Source: an uncultured Acidobacteriota bacterium (lineage in GTDB: Bacteria; Acidobacteriota; Thermoanaerobaculia; UBA5066; Gp7-AA6). From it: a stretch of 64,000 bases of DNA. The position numbers and the translations under genes were made by a program. The notes below the pieces were generated by a model. The model was given only the letters and a program-made list of their open reading frames with translations, was not told the origin of the DNA and made no database searches. Below are positions 60,710 to 64,000 of the stretch, in pieces. Numbering within the stretch: the stretch's first letter is position 1; the number at the start of each line of letters is the position of its first letter. Where the stretch lies: contig CAWEMP010000016.1 of the NCBI GenBank assembly GCA_963810205.1, positions 140,001 through 204,000 of the forward strand, given 5' to 3'.

Positions 60710-62296
60710 ATGAGCGACGCCGTTTACCTGCGCCAGAACGCGGTGGCCGAGCCGCTCTACAACCAGTGGTACGCCTGGCCCTATCTCGTCTCTCCGATGA
60801 CGGCGCCGATGTACGTCGGCAATCTCCACCTGCGCCTGATGGAGTCCTTCGTCGCGAACCCGCAGGTCCACGTCGCGGCGCTGAAGAACCCGGAGATGGC
60901 GGGCGGCCCCTTTCTGGGCTTCGAGGAGACGCTCGGTTCCTTCCGTGGCGCGGCTCCTCGAGCAAACGCGGCGGCGGAGCGCGCCGCTGCTCGAGTTCGC
61001 CGACGCGGTGCGCGACCTGTCGCGGATCCTGGCCGGCGCGGACGGCTCGTCCCTCCAGCCGTTCTATCCCCGGGTGCCCGAGCCGCTCCAGGGCTTCGTG
61101 GAGCTGATCTACGACGTCCACAACCAGCCGGCGATCCGCTTCCTGGAGTCTCTCCTGTACCGCAGCCGCTACTACGACGAGTCCGCGCAGGGCCTCCATT
61201 TCTCGGTCGTGAATCGAGACGACCGTCCGTTCGTCTTCAGCACGCCTCGCCTCGCGGACGACGGACGTCTCTCTCTGTCCCTGCCCTACCGCGCCGAGGG
61301 CCTCGACCGCGTCTTCCGCATGCGGGACGAGCCGCAGCCGCTCGCGTTCGCGAAGGAAGCGCTCGACATCTCCGGCGCCGCGGACGAGCGATTCGAGGGC
61401 CTGTTCACCGAGCGAGCCGCCCCGGCCGTCGGAGCCGCCGGGAGACTCCGGAGTCCGCGTCCGCTACTTCGGGCACGCCTGCGTGCTGATCGAGACCCGC
61501 GACACGACGATCCTGACCGACCCGGTCATCGGATACGACCACGGGCACGGTCTGCCGCGCGTTCAGCTTCGCGGACCTGCCCGCCCGCATCGACTACGTC
61601 CTGATCACGCATGCGCACCAGGACCATTGCATGCTGGAGACCCTTCTCCAGATTCGGCACAAGATCCGTCACGTCGTCGTTCCGAGGAACAACGGCGGCG
61701 GCCTGGCCGATCCCTCCCTCAAGCTGGCGCTGGAGAACTCGGGCTTCACCGGCGTTTGCGAGATCGACGAGCTCGGCCTCGTCGAGACCGCCGACGGCTC
61801 GATCACGAGCATCCCCTTTCTCGGCGAGCACGGAGACCTGAACATCCGCAGCAAGACGACCTACCTCGTTCGCGCCCTCGGCCGGTCCTTCCTCTTCTGC
61901 GCCGACTCGAACGCGTTCGAGCCGAGGCTCTATGACCACCTCGCGGACGTCGTGGGCGACCTCGACGTCGCCTTCGTCGGCATGGAGTGCGACGGCGCGC
62001 CCATGAGCTGGCTCTACGGACCCCTCGTCACGGCGCCGCTCGCGCGCCGGATGGACCAGTCGCGGCGGCTCGACGCCTCCGACTGCGAACGCGGGATGGA
62101 GCTCGTCAAGCGCCTGCGGCCCGCGGGCGGTGTACGTCTACGCCATGGGCTCGGAGCCCTGGCTGACGTACCTGACCTCGATCCACTACACCGAACAGTC
62201 CCGACCCATCGTGGAGTCGCGCGCGCTCGTCCGAGAGTGCCAGGCCCTCGGCATCTGCGCCGAGACGCTCTTCGGAAAGAAGGAGCTGCAGCTCGG

Positions 62297-62300
<4 letters not shown>
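60710..62300 (+). CDS. CmlA-like MBL-fold (diiron) beta-hydroxylase, four apparent frameshifts
   Basis: About 530 aa when joined. N-terminal domain (YNQWYAWPYLVSP...), then MBL core RVRYFGHACVLIET, ITHAHQDHC (HxHxDH), FLGEHGD, YVYAMGSEPWLTY. Junctions at about 60940, 61430, 61558 and 62124. Confidence 0.65.

Positions 62301-64000
<1,700 letters not shown>

Overview
Very GC-rich bacterial chromosomal segment: third codon positions are almost all G/C, so every frame carries long spurious ORFs. The gene content (PEGA-domain Ser/Thr kinase, DUF1684, SPOR, many secreted peptidases) suggests an Acidobacteriota-like organism, but that is inference only. I support about 60 protein-coding genes and found no rRNA, tRNA, CRISPR array, IS element or prophage.

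Main blocks:
1. 30-11780: permease and aminotransferase, LysM and lipoprotein genes, guaA, a HAMP-PP2C phosphatase, an MBL hydrolase and an M28 peptidase.
2. 11828-22602: one long plus-strand gene chain, mostly joined by 4-nt start/stop overlaps. It carries the 3,5-diaminohexanoate (lysine fermentation) core kdd / reactivase-like ATPase / kamD / kamE / kal / kce, plus a cyclase-family protein, an APC permease and a PSMA-like carboxypeptidase. No kamA is present in the window.
3. 22798-33117, minus strand: SLT, a Xer-type recombinase, a LeuA-like protein, an outer-membrane-barrel-like protein, crotonase, hbd, two unknown proteins, thiolase, a serine hydrolase and a lipoprotein.
4. 33210-37544: kinase-TPR-DUF1684 operon.
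5. 37625-44573, minus strand: NUDIX, prfB (canonical programmed +1 frameshift), lnt, lipA, SPOR, SPFH, NfeD.
6. 44622-48976: a putative sphingolipid or related amino-lipid cluster (PAP2, GNAT-like N-acyltransferase, alpha-oxoamine synthase, SDR reductase).
7. 49030-57697: M1 peptidase, aspartate aminotransferase, CaCA exchanger, TrmH, AMMECR1, a hydrolase and an archaeal-type GAPDH-like gene.
8. 57760-64000: the start of an NRPS locus (PPTase, CmlA-like MBL-fold hydroxylase, adenylation module truncated by the window end).

A window-wide peculiarity is the number of genes (roughly 20) that can only be read full length by changing frame one or more times. These apparent indels are very unevenly distributed.
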